From Vicugna vicugna (lineage: Eukaryota), in NCBI GenBank assembly GCA_013265495.1, contig MU058337.1, forward strand, positions 2,076,686 to 2,140,685: a stretch of 64,000 nt of DNA. The letters are read 5' to 3'. The first letter of the stretch is position 1. Each line of letters starts with the position of its first letter. A program made the translations under genes and the position numbers. Below the pieces are notes generated by a model. That model did not search any database. It saw nothing but the letters and a program-made list of their open reading frames with translations, and was not told the DNA's origin. Positions 1-12,645 of the stretch are shown one piece after another.

Positions 1-2950
1 TGGGAAACATGGGATTTGTGCTTGTAAAAGCCACGCGTGCGAAGTTGCCCGGCTGAATGGTTCTAAGCTGAGCCACATATAACCTTTCAGGGGAGACGGA
101 GGGAAGGCAGCTGAACAAGAATATTTCAACAAACCATAAATCTTATCTTAATTGGAAATTTAAAGTACGTGAAGCAAGGGGAAAGTGACAGAAAAAGAAG
201 TAAAACTAACATGATCAAGCTGAAATCAACCCGGGTCACCAGCGAAGACACTTAGCGTTTTCCAGGGAAATGCTTCTGGGTAATGTTTCCTGGAAACCAG
301 ATGAGAAGTGAGATTAGCTATTTTGTCTCCAAAATAACGTGTGTTTTTGTCATTATAGTGTAACATGTACAGAAACTCAACAACACGCTGGACTTCTCAT
401 AGGCAGGGCCCCGCAGGAAACGGTCGTATTGGGCGTGAGACAAGGATGGTCACAGGAGAAGCCCAAGTCTGGGGCCACATTAAAGCTCAGGGACAGAACT
501 CAGGACAGGAAGGGGCAGCAGAAGAGAAGATTACAGAATTAAAGTCACATGAGCAACAAAATGTATTTAAACTGCAGTCATAATTTTTTTTAAATGATAG
601 CAAAGTTCAAAAGTATTACAATAACGCTTCATTAATAGAAGAATTTCCAGATAACTGAGCCTTCCACAAACACTAGATCAATTTGCAACCCAACAACTTT
701 TGCTGATTCCGGCCAAGCATACCTTCCTAAAAGAGATGGTTGATCATATTTTGGTCCTTGTGGACAATTCAGAGAAAACAGCATCCACATGTATTATTAC
801 AGTGAGCTTGGAATGGATCATCCAGAGCAGGATGCTTTTGAGAGTGAAAGGGGCACTTTTAGTAACTGTGCCAGGACTTGGGTGGAAAAGGCTGGATGCC
901 AGGAGACGTCAAGCTTTCTGCACGCAGTTTTGTTTTTCAGCATCTTCCGCCCTTGAGAAGCTGAGCAGCCACTTCGCTGCCATCTGACAGCACGCACGTC
1001 CCAGATCTCCCCTAGTTCACAGCTTCCCATGGCGGGCATTCACGTGGGAATCGGACCACTGAGCTAGTTTAGAAATGCGTATTAAATAAGGAGCACCTGT
1101 CTCAGAGTCAGAGAGGGAGAGGATATAAATGACCTTAATATGTGAATTGTATCAGATATTTTCGCTCAGGGTTAGAATCCAGGGAGGCGAACACAGGTCT
1201 CAGGTTAAGTAAGGGTGGGTGTTAAGTAACATGTATGTTTCTGAAATCGGGTGAAAAATCAGGCTGCTTTCAATCTATAAAGTAGGTTCTGTTTCACGAG
1301 GGTCGATCTTGTTCCCCATGATTTACTGTGAAAATGAGGGAAGCTGTTGCTGGTTCTGCTCCTGGAGCATTTCAGCAGCCGCGGGGATGGGGACGCCGTG
1401 GAAGGAGCCCTCTGCCAGTGCCGGCACAGCTTCACCCCAGGACCCGGGTCAGAGCGATAACCGCCAAGACGTGCCCGGTGCTTATGAGATGCCAGGCACT
1501 TTCCTGAGCGCAGTACGTACATCAGCACACGGGCTCCAATATTTCACATGGAACAGTGTGACTTTACAACACAGGCTATATTAATTCATTCTAGTAAAAC
1601 TCTAAATAGTGCGGTAGTGAGCGTCGGTCCCAGGCAGCACAGACTGCACAGAGGAACGCCTGGCATCCCTGGGGCGTGCAGAGTCCAGACGTAGAACGCC
1701 AGGGAAGCGAGAGTCCCCTTCTCCAGAAGGGCTGGTCCCTGGTGAGAGCGTCAAAATGCAAACATCCCGAGTCAGTCTTGTCTCTGTCATCCACATTTCA
1801 GGGACGAAGAACAAGAATTCACCCCCTTAAGATGTTTATCATCAATTATTTTGACTTTACTACACTATCTGTGGGTTATTAAGGTAGGCACTTAATCATC
1901 CCCCTGGTCGTGGGTTAGACAGGTGTTGGCAAGAGCCAGCTGGCTTCACACCTGCTCTTTAAAAGCAAGGCGGGAGCGAGTGAACTCGGCAGACTGTGTA
2001 CTCACCCTTCCATTACTTTCCATTACAGAAAGACATTTACTTTATGTTTATATGAGAAACGGTCCTGTGATTTCAATTCTCTTTCTGAAAAAAGAAAAAC
2101 CTGACTTTAGGAACTCATGTCTAGATTACCACAGGGAGAGCAGGAACTCAGCCACTCAGTAAACAAGCATTTTTTAAGAGAATTAGGGGCAGGGTGGGGG
2201 GCAGTATAAAATTCTTCCCAGAACCCAACGCTAAAATGTCTTTAGGTAAATAACACATCGGATAGCATATCACGCGATGTTCAACTCCTATTTCTCAGAT
2301 AAACTGACCACAGCAGGAGGGGGAGGCGAATGCAGACAATCCTAGTAGCTGATCGGTCATCTGAGATAAGTGGTTACTTGCTAAATATAATCCTTGCCCA
2401 CGTGGAGCTTTCCATCCAAACAGAAATTAAAAACAGTCAGATGCCTGGCGGTAGGTGGACTGTCCAGGACGATGGTACCTCCTGCACAGCTGAGGCTGTT
2501 GAATGAAGAAACAAATTATTATTTTAGACGAAAGGGAGTAGCTCCCATCTGGGGTTTTGTAGGGGAGGGAATTCTCCCCCGTCCCGAGCATGAGTCATTT
2601 CTTCGGTGGAGCGGCTGGGAGTGGCCCTCTGAGCTCTCCATGGGAACGCGTTCCCGGGCCGGAAGGCGGGCCTTCCCAAGTTCTTTGAAGCAGAAGGGAG
2701 TGTGCTTTATGGCCATGGGAAAGAGGGACCGTCCGAGAGGTGGGTGTGGCCCCAGGAGGGGGTGAAGTCCTAGGAGGGCGTGGGGGCGTGGTAAGTGGAG
2801 CGAGAAGAGGGAGGCGCAGGTTGGGGTGATGCTTTTTGTCAGTTTAAAGGTGTTTCTGGGTCTTCATAGCAACTTCACTCAGGTCACGGTTTCTTGTTGC
2901 AACACCACCATTTACTACTTAAACTGGATTTAACTGCATTTTATACACAG

Positions 2951-2981
<31 letters not shown>

Positions 2982-2986
2982 CACAC
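2951..2986. repeat. Compound (CA)n(TA)n microsatellite
   Basis: acacacacac...catatatatatatacacac read directly. Confidence 0.95.
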
Positions 2987-3217
2987 TATATAAATTCTTA
3001 TTATACAAGCTTTCATTGATTTCCAAGAGTAAGGAAAAAAGCTATCATCTCTGAAAAAGAGCAAGCAGAACCAGAGCGAGGTGTGAGAGGCAGAGAATAC
3101 AAAATGAAGAGAAAAACGTCAAAGCCATGGTCGGAAGGGTCCCCACACCAGGTGGAGGGAAGCCACCGAAATCAATGCCACTTCATTCTTTTACTTATTT
3201 CTTCATAATTTGGTTAT

Positions 3218-3360
3218 CCGTTCACTCACTTTAATAAGCATTTATTGGTTATTCTGTGCCAGGAGATCTGGACAATTTCCGGTAAGTCTAAGATGGTTGA
3301 AGTCCTTCTGGCTGGGGATAAATACACACAAGTAAATAACTATGAGGTAATGTGGTGTAC
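3218..3360 (-). mobile_element. Ancient L2 3' fragment
   Basis: ttcactcactttaataagcatttattggttattctgtgccagg resembles the reverse complement of the L2 3' end. Confidence 0.55.
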
Positions 3361-3519
3361 ACAGACGGGGGAGGAATGAAAGCTTTCTGAAAGCAGAAGG
3401 CAGAATTAATCACTTCATCTGTAGACTGGATGAGAGCTTTGCAGCCGTGATGCTGGATGCGAGCCCAGAAGGGGAAGCAGGAGTTTTCCCGCTGCAGAGG
3501 GGATGGGGGCAGGATGGGG

Positions 3520-3748
3520 TTAAAAGTGTCCGAGCTCCAGAAAGCCAGGCTTGGCATCTGGCCCCAGCTTCTCACTGGTGCTGTGACCCTCCCGCACCTA
3601 CTGAATTTTTCTGTCTCTGTGTTTTCATTTGTGGGAAAAGGAGATAATTATAGTAGGTCCTCCAGAGGATTACTGTCTAAATTAAGAGAGACAATAAGTC
3701 AAGGACTGAGCAGGGTGTTTGATAAACAACATACAACAATATCATTAG
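3520..3748 (+). mobile_element. MIR SINE (diverged)
   Basis: ctgtgacc...ttttctgtctctgtgttttcatttgtgggaaaaggagataat...aggattactgtctaaattaag follows the MIR core and tail. Confidence 0.7.
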
Positions 3749-6700
3749 AAAGGAGCCCCAGGCACAGGACTTGGCTCACACAAAGGCAAGTGCGGGGAAG
3801 GTCAAGGTGTGTTTGAAAGACCCCAGGGGCGCTGAGGGTGGGGCTCGCTAACTTCCCCTCTGCTGCATCCTCAGATCGGGTACTCCGCCTCAGCTTTCGC
3901 CTGGCTCGCAGTGCATCTTTACAGCTAGATCTGCCGCTGTCAGGTGCTCGGGGCAGCTGGATGATCTGGTCCAGCCCCGCCCCAGCACCCTAAGGCCCCC
4001 TCCAGGTGAAGAGACGGAGCTCTGAAGCTAAAAGCCTTGTCTCTCCCTCTCACCAGTGAGGAAGGAAATGCATTATCTCTACACGTAAAATTTTTATAAA
4101 GAAGTCTATCTCAGATTATACTTCATGTTCACTAGTTGCTACACAAGCCAAGAAGGTCTATGTGACCTTTGTAATCTCAGCCTAGCAATAATCCTCATTC
4201 CGGAAGTTTCCCGGGAGGAGAATGTCCTGGAAGGGTGCCCACCCGTCTGCGTGTATGTGGCGTGGAGGAGTGGGCCCCACGGAAAGTGACTGGCACCGCC
4301 GCTAACACACCGTGTGATCTTACAGGTGTGGGACTGGGAATCCCAGGTTCCAGCGTCTATACTCCTTTTCACCAAAATTTCCAGCTAATCTCACAACCCT
4401 AACTGTCAGCTTATCTTGGTGTTTAAAATGACACCAGGCGAAGTTTTTCATCTTTGCAGGTCTTTGCTGTGAATTATATTTTATATGAATCTACATTTTA
4501 GTCTTAAACCAGAAAGTACTGGATTTTGCGGGGGAGGGGTGTGTCTATGTTTGTCAGTGACTCTAGTGAGTTACCTGTGTCACTGGGACAGTCTCAGGTG
4601 TCGTCCGTTCCGTCCCGCTGCCCCAGCGGAGGTCTTAAGCACTTTCAAGCCCAGATGTCAGTCCTGCTTAAAACTCGAGACCGCAGCACGAATGCGAGGA
4701 GGCGGGCTGAGCAGGTGTTCATCAGGGACCCACCAGCCATCAGGCATCAGGCCGGGCGCGCCGTCTACAATGGCTGCATGAGCGCGAGAAGCTGCCTGAG
4801 AGAAACACGTCACTGCTCGAAGGAAACAGGGACTGAGAAGTGGCGAGGGGGAGAGGCACTTCTATCCATGTGTTCCTCTGCCTTTGTTCCTCCTGCTGGT
4901 GCCCCTGGGGCCCAGTCCCTCCTCTCTGAGTGTTCAGATGCTCCTTCGGAATCTCCGGTCCCTCAGCATCTCCCAGAACTCTTGCTCCCCGATGTCTTGT
5001 CTGCCCCTCGACCTTCCATGGCATTGGCTGAGCCTCAGTCATGGCTCACTGCCTGGGCCTGCTCCTGCCTCTCCAGTCCTGGGGGGCCCCCCACACCGCC
5101 CTGGCCTTGCTTGTATTCTTGGGATGCTGCATCTGGCCTGCCACGTGGGCGCTTGGCACAACTAGTGTGGGAGCAAGTGATATTCTTCTAAGAACTGGTG
5201 TGTGTGTTTGAAAGAGAAAGGGAAGAAACAGCAAACGTTGCCCGAGGACAGACTCTTCGTGGATGAACTTCCTGTGAGCTCGACCGTGTCCTCAGTCAGC
5301 CTCCTGAGCACCCACGTGAACCTCGGGCTCTGATACCCACCCCACGTGGCACACGTATGCGATGGCCTCCTGCCAGGCCCTGTGGCTGCTCTCCTGAGCC
5401 AGGCTGGGCCAGCGTTGCCTTTGGGTCCGGGCAAGGCTGAACCTGCTGGTAGAAGGTAAGGACCGCCGGCGAGGGGAGCAGCTGAGGACGGCGGGGACTG
5501 GACCAGGGCTCAGGCCTCCAAGCAGGTCCCAGACCTGGGCCGCTACCAGCCTTCCCTCTTCAGCTGCTGCCCAGACCCCAGCGGCATGGGGTGAGCAAGA
5601 GCTCGTCGTCTCCGACACGCCTCGTTTCCACGCCAGTTGTTGGTGTGGTTTATCAGGGGATACGTCTGGGTCATGTTAGGGTTTCAGAAGGATCTTGCCT
5701 GTGCTTTGCACATGTGAATGCGGGCGGGACCATCCTGAGCTGCTGTGGGCGTTCTCCGGCCGTTGGCTTGGCAGATGCTGTCTGATAATTCTTGAAACAG
5801 TTGCTTGAGGAGTGCGCTTCTGAGTGATCTCATTCATAAGGATAAGGGCCATAAATTCGGAGGAATGTAAGGCAATTCCTCCGACCTGTCTGTGGCTATG
5901 GGAATGAACTGCTGGTTTCAGGTAGGGCCTGAAGTTCAAAGAAAATCAGCCCTGCAGCTTTGTTTTTTATTTCTGTGGCTTAAGGCTGAGCCAACCCACT
6001 GTGCTTAGTGAGGTTCAAAATAAGACCTAAATAATCGTTTCAATCTCAGGCTGCCTGCTTTCTTGGGGACACCCTGTATGTTCCAGTTTGGGTCAACACC
6101 TGGAGCAGGATTGTCTTAGAGCCCGAGGGATGATTTCTGGTTCGTATGGAGCAGAGAAGAACATTGGGGTGGGAGGGGATTCCCAAAGGGATTACCATAC
6201 AAGACAGTGTTCCAGAAAAAGAGACTGATGGACGAAGGAGACAAGAAAAGAGAGACTCAGGGAGGTGAAAACCCTGATCAATGCAACCTCAATGCTCCAG
6301 CACGGACTTACTGTCTCCACGGAGCTGCGTGTCTCTGGCACAAACGCCGAGTGTCAAGGGCACGTTCCTGCTTTGACCTGTTTGTCCTCCTCTAATCTCC
6401 AAATCAATCCCTCGCTGCTTTGCATTCAGGAATCGCAGGAAAATGTATTCCCTCCCTGTGGTTCAAAAATCCTTAAGACTTAACATATACCGTTTATGCA
6501 TAATAGTGAATTTTCTAACAAATTATTCAGAAAAGCAATATTCTGTGTCAACACAAAAGGAAGGAAAATAAGGTAATTTCCTTAAATAGCAATAAAAACT
6601 GCCTCAGGACATCCGTGAACTTCCCCTTTCTCCTCCTGCCATGTGAGATACCAGTGCTGCTGGCAAGTTACCTAAGACCCGCACGTGAAGTGAACAGCTT

Positions 6701-7205
6701 TTTAGCTCTATTTTTGCAAAATCTGCTATAGTTTTTAGCCATTATGTTTTGAAATCTGAGGGTCAGATACCATAGTTTATGTTGCAATTCTCCGTGGTTT
6801 CGATGTTGTTCTTCAAAGGTTTCTACTGTTACCCAAATAAAAATCATTCTCGATGGTGTGGAGAAACATGAATTTAAAGCCAACCCAATTGAATCATTTC
6901 GCACGATTCTGTTGTTGAAAGCTGTGCTGAAAAGTCCATGATGCCACACCACAGGAGTTTATTTAGCATCCATCATGATGAGTCATTGATCGCAAAAGCC
7001 AATTCTGCAGGAATAGGAAAACAATCAAGAGGTGTGCACGTCGAAGTCCAGGGCTTATCAATGGGCAGGGTGAGGAAGGAGTTAACTCTACACACATCAA
7101 GGCAGGCATGACAGGTACGGGGAAAGGCTTCAGGTTCAGAGGGGGGACATCTTTGTGTCTCACCAACTGCAAAACACGGACTTTGAACTGTCACTGTGTC
7201 GCTCA

Positions 7206-7367
7206 TGTTTACTGAGCACATGCCGCGCACCGAGCTCTTCCCTGAGTACCGTGTCATTTACGGCTGGACACAACTCCTTCCCGTTTCTAGTCTCATCTTA
7301 CAGATGAGGAAACTGCGGCTCACGAAGGTTTCCTGACTTGCTGAAAGGTGGCCAGTGTAGTGAGTGG
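7206..7367 (-). mobile_element. MIR SINE
   Basis: ctcatcttacagatgaggaaactgcggctcacgaaggtttcctgacttgc is the reverse-strand MIR core. Confidence 0.8.
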
Positions 7368-7473
7368 CTGGTCCACACCTCTGCCACCTGCACCTGGAGG
7401 TGTCTATGTGACAAGGACCTGGTCCACACCTCTGCCACCTGCACCTGGAGGTGTCTATGTGACAAGGACCTGG
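7368..7473. repeat. Perfect 51-bp tandem duplication
   Basis: ctggtccacacctctgccacctgcacctggaggtgtctatgtgacaaggac at 7368 and 7419, followed by a further ctgg. Confidence 0.97.
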
Positions 7474-10449
7474 GCAATAAGCACTGGAGAGGTGACAGAT
7501 TTAGCCTCTGGTTTTCATTATATCTGTAAGCCGGTTATATTTTTCAGATGGTCTCTAATTGCTCCAAATTACTTACCCGAAGAGATACTCAGCTGATGAT
7601 TTGTTATAGTAACTCCACCTCATTTCTCTGGGTGAGCCTAGGTCACCTGGATGTCTATAGTCACCTTTATTTCACTATTTTTCTTTGCTGATTTTCATTT
7701 TTGTTGACTACAGAATTTTGAGAATTGGGGTCATTTTTCAATAACAGTAAAAACCAAAGAAACAGTACTATAGTGTTTAGACAATTTAAATGTTATTCAA
7801 ATCTCTACCTAATTTAATTGTTATGAAAATATCTGGACAACCAAGTGTTTTAAAAAGGATTTTGATAACAACATATTTCTGTGTGGGACTAAAGTGTCCG
7901 TATTTTACTTCACAAGTGAAATGACCGTTGTCTGTGCACTGCCTTCCCAGGCTGCAAAGTCCAGGGTATCTGAATCAGGAGACTGGGTCCCAGTCTGGGT
8001 GCTGGCCCTGACTACCTGGGGTCACCAGGCAGACTGCTAATCCTGGTGGAAGCACAAAGCAAGGCTCACCTTGAGTGTTGTGATGAAGGGCAGGTAAGAC
8101 AGTGGGTAAGAAGGGCTCAAGGAGAGCCGAGCACTTTCTGAATATCTCTCTCCATCATCCACTCGCTGATGTGGATGATCTCCTGTGTACTATCATACTG
8201 TCTCCCTCCTCCATCACGGCCACCGGGTACCACATCCTGATGCATGCTGATCGAACCTCCGGACCGTGCTGATCACCCTGGACGCCCAATGAACCCCATA
8301 CTTGTGTCTGCCTGTCCTTTTCTGCACATTGTATTCAGCACCTGGATTTCTGGTGATGTGCCAATCTTAATGAAGTTGTCTTGTTGTTTTCTAAATACCT
8401 TCAGACACCTAAGGGCATAATGACCGAGCTAGGGTGGATGATGCTGATAAAATATGGCACGGGCTGGATGGGCTGGAGCCTGAGTCAAGTTTGACATGAC
8501 CTGATGAGACTTCTTGACGTCTAATCTCCTCCTTTCACTCCTTTTAGAAAAGAACCTTTTGGCCCTGACTCACAAGAATTATACGTCTGTAAGACAACGT
8601 TAATTTGTATGGCATGACTCACGTTTGAATATAAACAAGTTTGTATCCAAGAATCATGCATTCCCAGTTAATTAGTCGCCCTTGTAAATGTTGGGGTGGA
8701 TCACTGGTTAGTCACACACATTCTTTTTTGTTGTTGTTCCCAGAATGAAGGCAGGTGTGCCACTCAGGTTCACTGTGTGTTTCTTCATGCCTGGATCGGC
8801 CGAGTCTACTTCTGCCATTTTTATATCCTCTTCATCAAACTCTGTCTAAATACTTGACTGTCCAAGTGTGTTATTATAAAGGAAGACTATCCACAAGTAT
8901 TTCAAAACCGATTTAGTTAGCGGCTCTGCGTTTCACGGCCTGAAAAGAAACTAGTCCAGTTCCCTTTGATTCAGAAACATGGAAGGGAAGACACTACGAG
9001 ACTGAGCAAGTCCCCAGGGTCAGTGCTTATGGTTTCTAATGAGACGGGCCCCTAAGTAAGGAAGCGTGGGGCACTGTGGACTGAGAGAAAAGAACAGATT
9101 TATGCCTGTTATCCACATACAAGAAACCCAGATGTGTACATAGAAAAGCTCCAATTCTTGAGGAAAACAGTTTTTTTGTGATATTTATTGGATAATTAAT
9201 ATATACATAAATGGAAATGTTACCACATTTTATTCAAATTCATGTCCAAAATGATTTAAAAACTTAACTCAAAATTTCAGAATTCATCCAAAAATCCCTC
9301 CTATTTGTCTTTAAAAATAATGAGTATACTAAAATTATTTAAAGATCTTTAAGGCCACATTTAGTAATAATTCATCATTATGCCATTTTGAACAGATAAT
9401 TCTACTTTACAACATTACTAAAAGCACTTTTTGAATAGACAACTGAAGCAAAAAGAAGAATCGATTATAATGCTTTTTAGGGGAAAAATATCAGATTTGG
9501 ATCACTTAGTTTTCAATAGATATTCAGATATTTTATCCCTACAGAAAATTATTTTTGGTACCAGTGATTCTGAGCTGCAGTTTGAGCAACTTACGGTGTC
9601 CCAGTTATTTCAAAGAAAAGGCATCATCAGAATAATGTATTAAATAAAATTCAGCTTAATTCTCTATTATCCCCAAAATGAGTACATAGCACGTGACCCT
9701 CTGAGCTGATGGAGGGAGTGGCTGGCAGAGGCATCTCCTCCAAACCAAAAGAACCCAGAGGGTTCTGTAACTGTTTTATTAAAAAAAAATGTAAATTATG
9801 ATAGTCCTTAACCTTTCTATTTCCAAAAGCATAATCTTAAGCATTAATTTTGTACGAGATACAGAAAATGCTGTTTTCAAATGGTTCATAAGAAGCTAAA
9901 CAATAACTATTGACTTGTCTGTGCAGTCAAGCTCTGAAGAGTGTGAGGTTTGGGTCACAGATGTCAAGCAAGGCTATCTAAGTCCCTGATTTTGTGTGTG
10001 CATGGGAAACAGGAGCCCAGATAGTCACGTTTTCTGCTCATTGTCTCAACATGATACTCTGAACAATAACATTCAGATGAAAGTTATGAACGTGGAAAGC
10101 AAAATTATTTCTTCCCAAACAATTCAATATTATTCGTAGACAAAAAACATTAAAATTTAAGTGAGTTGTGCCATTAGCCATGTTTCCATATTGCTGAACT
10201 CTTTGCTAGAGCCCGTGTCTCACCAGCAAAGGGAATTTGTCCTTCTGGGGAGCTCTGTCCTGTGGTACGTGGCCGCGTCTCCTCGACATGTCCTCCTACC
10301 CTCTAGAGTCTGCCTTTTTGGTTCAGGGTGTAGATTATTGTCATTGCAATAGTCTGTCTGAAGAGACCCAGAGAGTTCTGAACCTAGAATCTTTTCTAAG
10401 CAACTGGAGTCTTCCCACCCACTAAAAAATTGTGACTGTCGCTAGTGCC

Positions 10450-10545
10450 TCGTTCAGGTCGTGAGTTCCAGGCTGGGGAATGAACGGGGCATTTGCATTT
10501 TGTCTCCAGCACTTAGGACTGTGCGGGACACGTGGTTCATAGTGA
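10450..10545 (+). mobile_element. L2 3' end fragment
   Basis: gtgagttccaggctgggga...tgtctccagcacttaggactgtgcgggacacgtgg resembles the L2 3' terminus. Confidence 0.5.
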
Positions 10546-11026
10546 GATCAAGGTCAGATCAGGTGGATGTGTACACTCTAGTAACTACAAGTAAGTGAAG
10601 GAGATTTTAAAAAGGCTACTTGTTCTTCCTTTATTTCTGCTTCCCTTCCTTCCTTCCTTAATTCCCCCCCTTTCTTGACCAAACAGTTGCCACAATACTT
10701 GCTGAACCCTAAGAACTAGCATTATTGATTACATTTTGGTCAATTGACTTTTTTAAAATAAATAAAACTTGGTTAAGGGTACTTGCTCAATTCTGCACAG
10801 AAAATCTGTGTATATTACGAAGTAGCAGAGACTTGTGGCCATCCGTTTGGGAAGACTCATTAAGCCTTCCTAAATTTGTCATTCACGTGGATTACGGCAA
10901 AGTGAAGAAGACGGGGTCTCTTTTACAGAAGAAATCAAGAAGAGGCTGGCTGATACAAAGCACTCAACAATGATATTTTATCATTGTTTCTGCAAAATTA
11001 AAAAATACTTGTTATTTTACTGTCCG

Positions 11027-11427
11027 GTTTTTTTTTTTTAATTTTTAATTTTTTTCTTTTGTTTTTTTTTTCCTTTTTTTATAAACCCTTTTTTTAAGGG
11101 CTGACTTTTAATAATANNNNNNNNNNNNNNNNNNNNNNNNNNNNNNNNNNNNNNNNNNNNNNNNNNNNNNNNNNNNNNNNNNNNNNNNNNNNNNNNNNNN
11201 NNNNNNNNNNNNNNNNNNNNNNNNNNNNNNNNNNNNNNNNNNNNNNNNNNNNNNNNNNNNNNNNNNNNNNNNNNNNNNNGCTGCCGCGCGGGCGACGGAC
11301 GGCCGACGCCGGCGGGGACGGCGGGGGACCGGCTATCCGAGGCCAACCGAGGCTCTCGCGGCGCTGCCGTAGCGTTCCGCCTGGGCGGGATTCTGACTTA
11401 GAGGCGTTCAGTCATAATCCCACAGAT
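11027..11427 (-). pseudogene. Retrotransposed, polyadenylated 3'-terminal fragment of 28S rRNA (SINE28-like processed rRNA pseudogene)
   Basis: Reverse complement of 11280-11427 reads atctgtgggattatgactgaacgcctctaagtcagaatcccgcccaggcggaacgctacggcagcgccgcgagagcctcggttggcctcggatagccggtcccccgcc, a conserved 28S 3' segment leading into a GC-rich expansion segment. 11081-11116 (ataaacccttttttt-aagggctgacttttaata) is a noisy reverse complement of the 28S terminus (…attgaaagtcagccctcgacacaagggtttgt). T-rich tail 11027-11080. TSD ctgtccg+T-rich at 11020 and 11428. Confidence 0.93.
11117..11279. other. Assembly gap (163 N) inside the 28S-derived insertion
   Basis: Run of N, with low-quality-looking sequence on its left after the poly-T. 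Confidence 1.
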
Positions 11428-12100
11428 CTGTCCGTTTGTTTTTAACTGGAGTTTGTTTTCTTTTTGTTTCTGTTCTTGGGGGCTTTTGCTTCCAATATGA
11501 AAGGGTGTGTTATAAAAAAGTAAGCAAGTGAGAATGAAATTTAGGGCGTGAAGTGTAGGCACAAATTGGCCATTCTTTGTCAGAAGAGGTAATTTGATCT
11601 ATTTCTAGTGTTTCCAAAGGCATTAATTTCTTGGTTTTGCTACATCAAGTCTGAGGAGATTACCTTAAGAAGCGCTCTTAACAAGGGCAAAATAATGCCA
11701 TCTTTGTAAAGAGTTAGGAACACATATCCTAAATTAAAAAATGTAACCAGAGGATGATTTTTGCTGAAGAAGAAAATTACTCCATGCAAAAGATTTTGGT
11801 CTGTTTTTTTGGTCTGTATTTGTTTCTTTTTAAAACGTTGGCATTTTTAGGTGGGTGATTTTCTCTCTCTCTTCCTCTTTCTCCGTCGTTCCCTCCCTCC
11901 CTCTCTTTCTCTCTCTCTGATTTTTTGCTTTCATTCTGTGACCCTTGTAGGTATGCTATCAGTATCTGAGACCCTGAGTGCGCCAAAAAAAAAAAAATCC
12001 CTTAAAAACGTATATAGCTTGAACATAAACTTTGAAGGATCAAAATGTTTAAACATGAATTGTGGCCAGCACTTCATATGTACTTAAGAACTATCTGTTG

Positions 12101-12114
12101 TGTACATAAATAAA
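12101..12114 (+). terminator. Pumilio element TGTACATA abutting polyadenylation signal AATAAA
   Basis: tgtacata 12101-12108, aataaa 12109-12114; an upstream TGTA; GU-containing sequence downstream (tgtcagcctttgatgtggtc). Confidence 0.55.
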
Positions 12115-12645
12115 TAAGTGAAAACACTTACAAAAAATATAAGCCACTGTCAGCCTTTGATGTGGTCATATTCATGCTAATACAAAATAATAACTAAAGC
12201 CAGCCCACAAGTGTGTCCTGAAACTGTAGATGAGAAGTTTTCCCATGGTCAGTGTGCCCTTTTTTTTAATGGTAAAGGCTTGCAATTTGCACGCAGAGGA
12301 AGAGGAAGCTGGGACCAGGGAGAGCAGGTGAAGTGGCAACGATATACCACTGGGCATGCCAGGTCGTGCTTAGAGTTGCTTAGGGCCTGGCAGAGCTCTG
12401 CTGTGTTTCAGTGTAACGGCACAAACGTACTGTGGTCTTTGCCTGAGAGAACTCATTTTCCAGTAAGAGAGAGGAGGACCACTAAGCCACGTGTTCCACT
12501 GTGTTTTGTCAAGTGTTCTCACGGAGGGGATCGCTGAGTACCGTGGGGACCCAGAAGGGTCTAGAAAGCCATCTCGTGAGAAGTGGTGCAGGGACACAAA
12601 GCGGCAGCTAGGACAAGATCAAGGTGAAAAATTGGCCTTATGAAG

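Larger units (their letters stand above)
10929..12135 (+). other. Putative 3'UTR / terminal exon of an unidentified + strand gene
   Basis: Acceptor-like tctcttttacag ending 10928; U-rich sense-strand composition; TGTACATA then AATAAA near the end. The true start may lie further upstream. Confidence 0.45.

Noticed and set aside
4526..5191. Longest ORF (221 aa) in a GC-rich stretch
   Set aside because: Non-ATG start, Ser/Pro/Leu/Ala-rich, no recognisable domain, and overlapped by similar ORFs in other frames, as expected by chance in GC-rich DNA.
9180..9790. TTTATT motifs suggesting a - strand 3' end
   Set aside because: Common in AT-rich DNA and no supporting - strand exons were found; cannot be fully excluded.
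11038..11346. 102-aa ORF
   Set aside because: Reads through the N gap, rRNA sequence and poly(A) tail; an artefact.
11280..11427. Functional rDNA unit or simple rDNA contamination
   Set aside because: Only the 3' end of 28S is present. rRNA sequence lies on both sides of the gap with a tail, TSD and endonuclease site, which favours retroposition.
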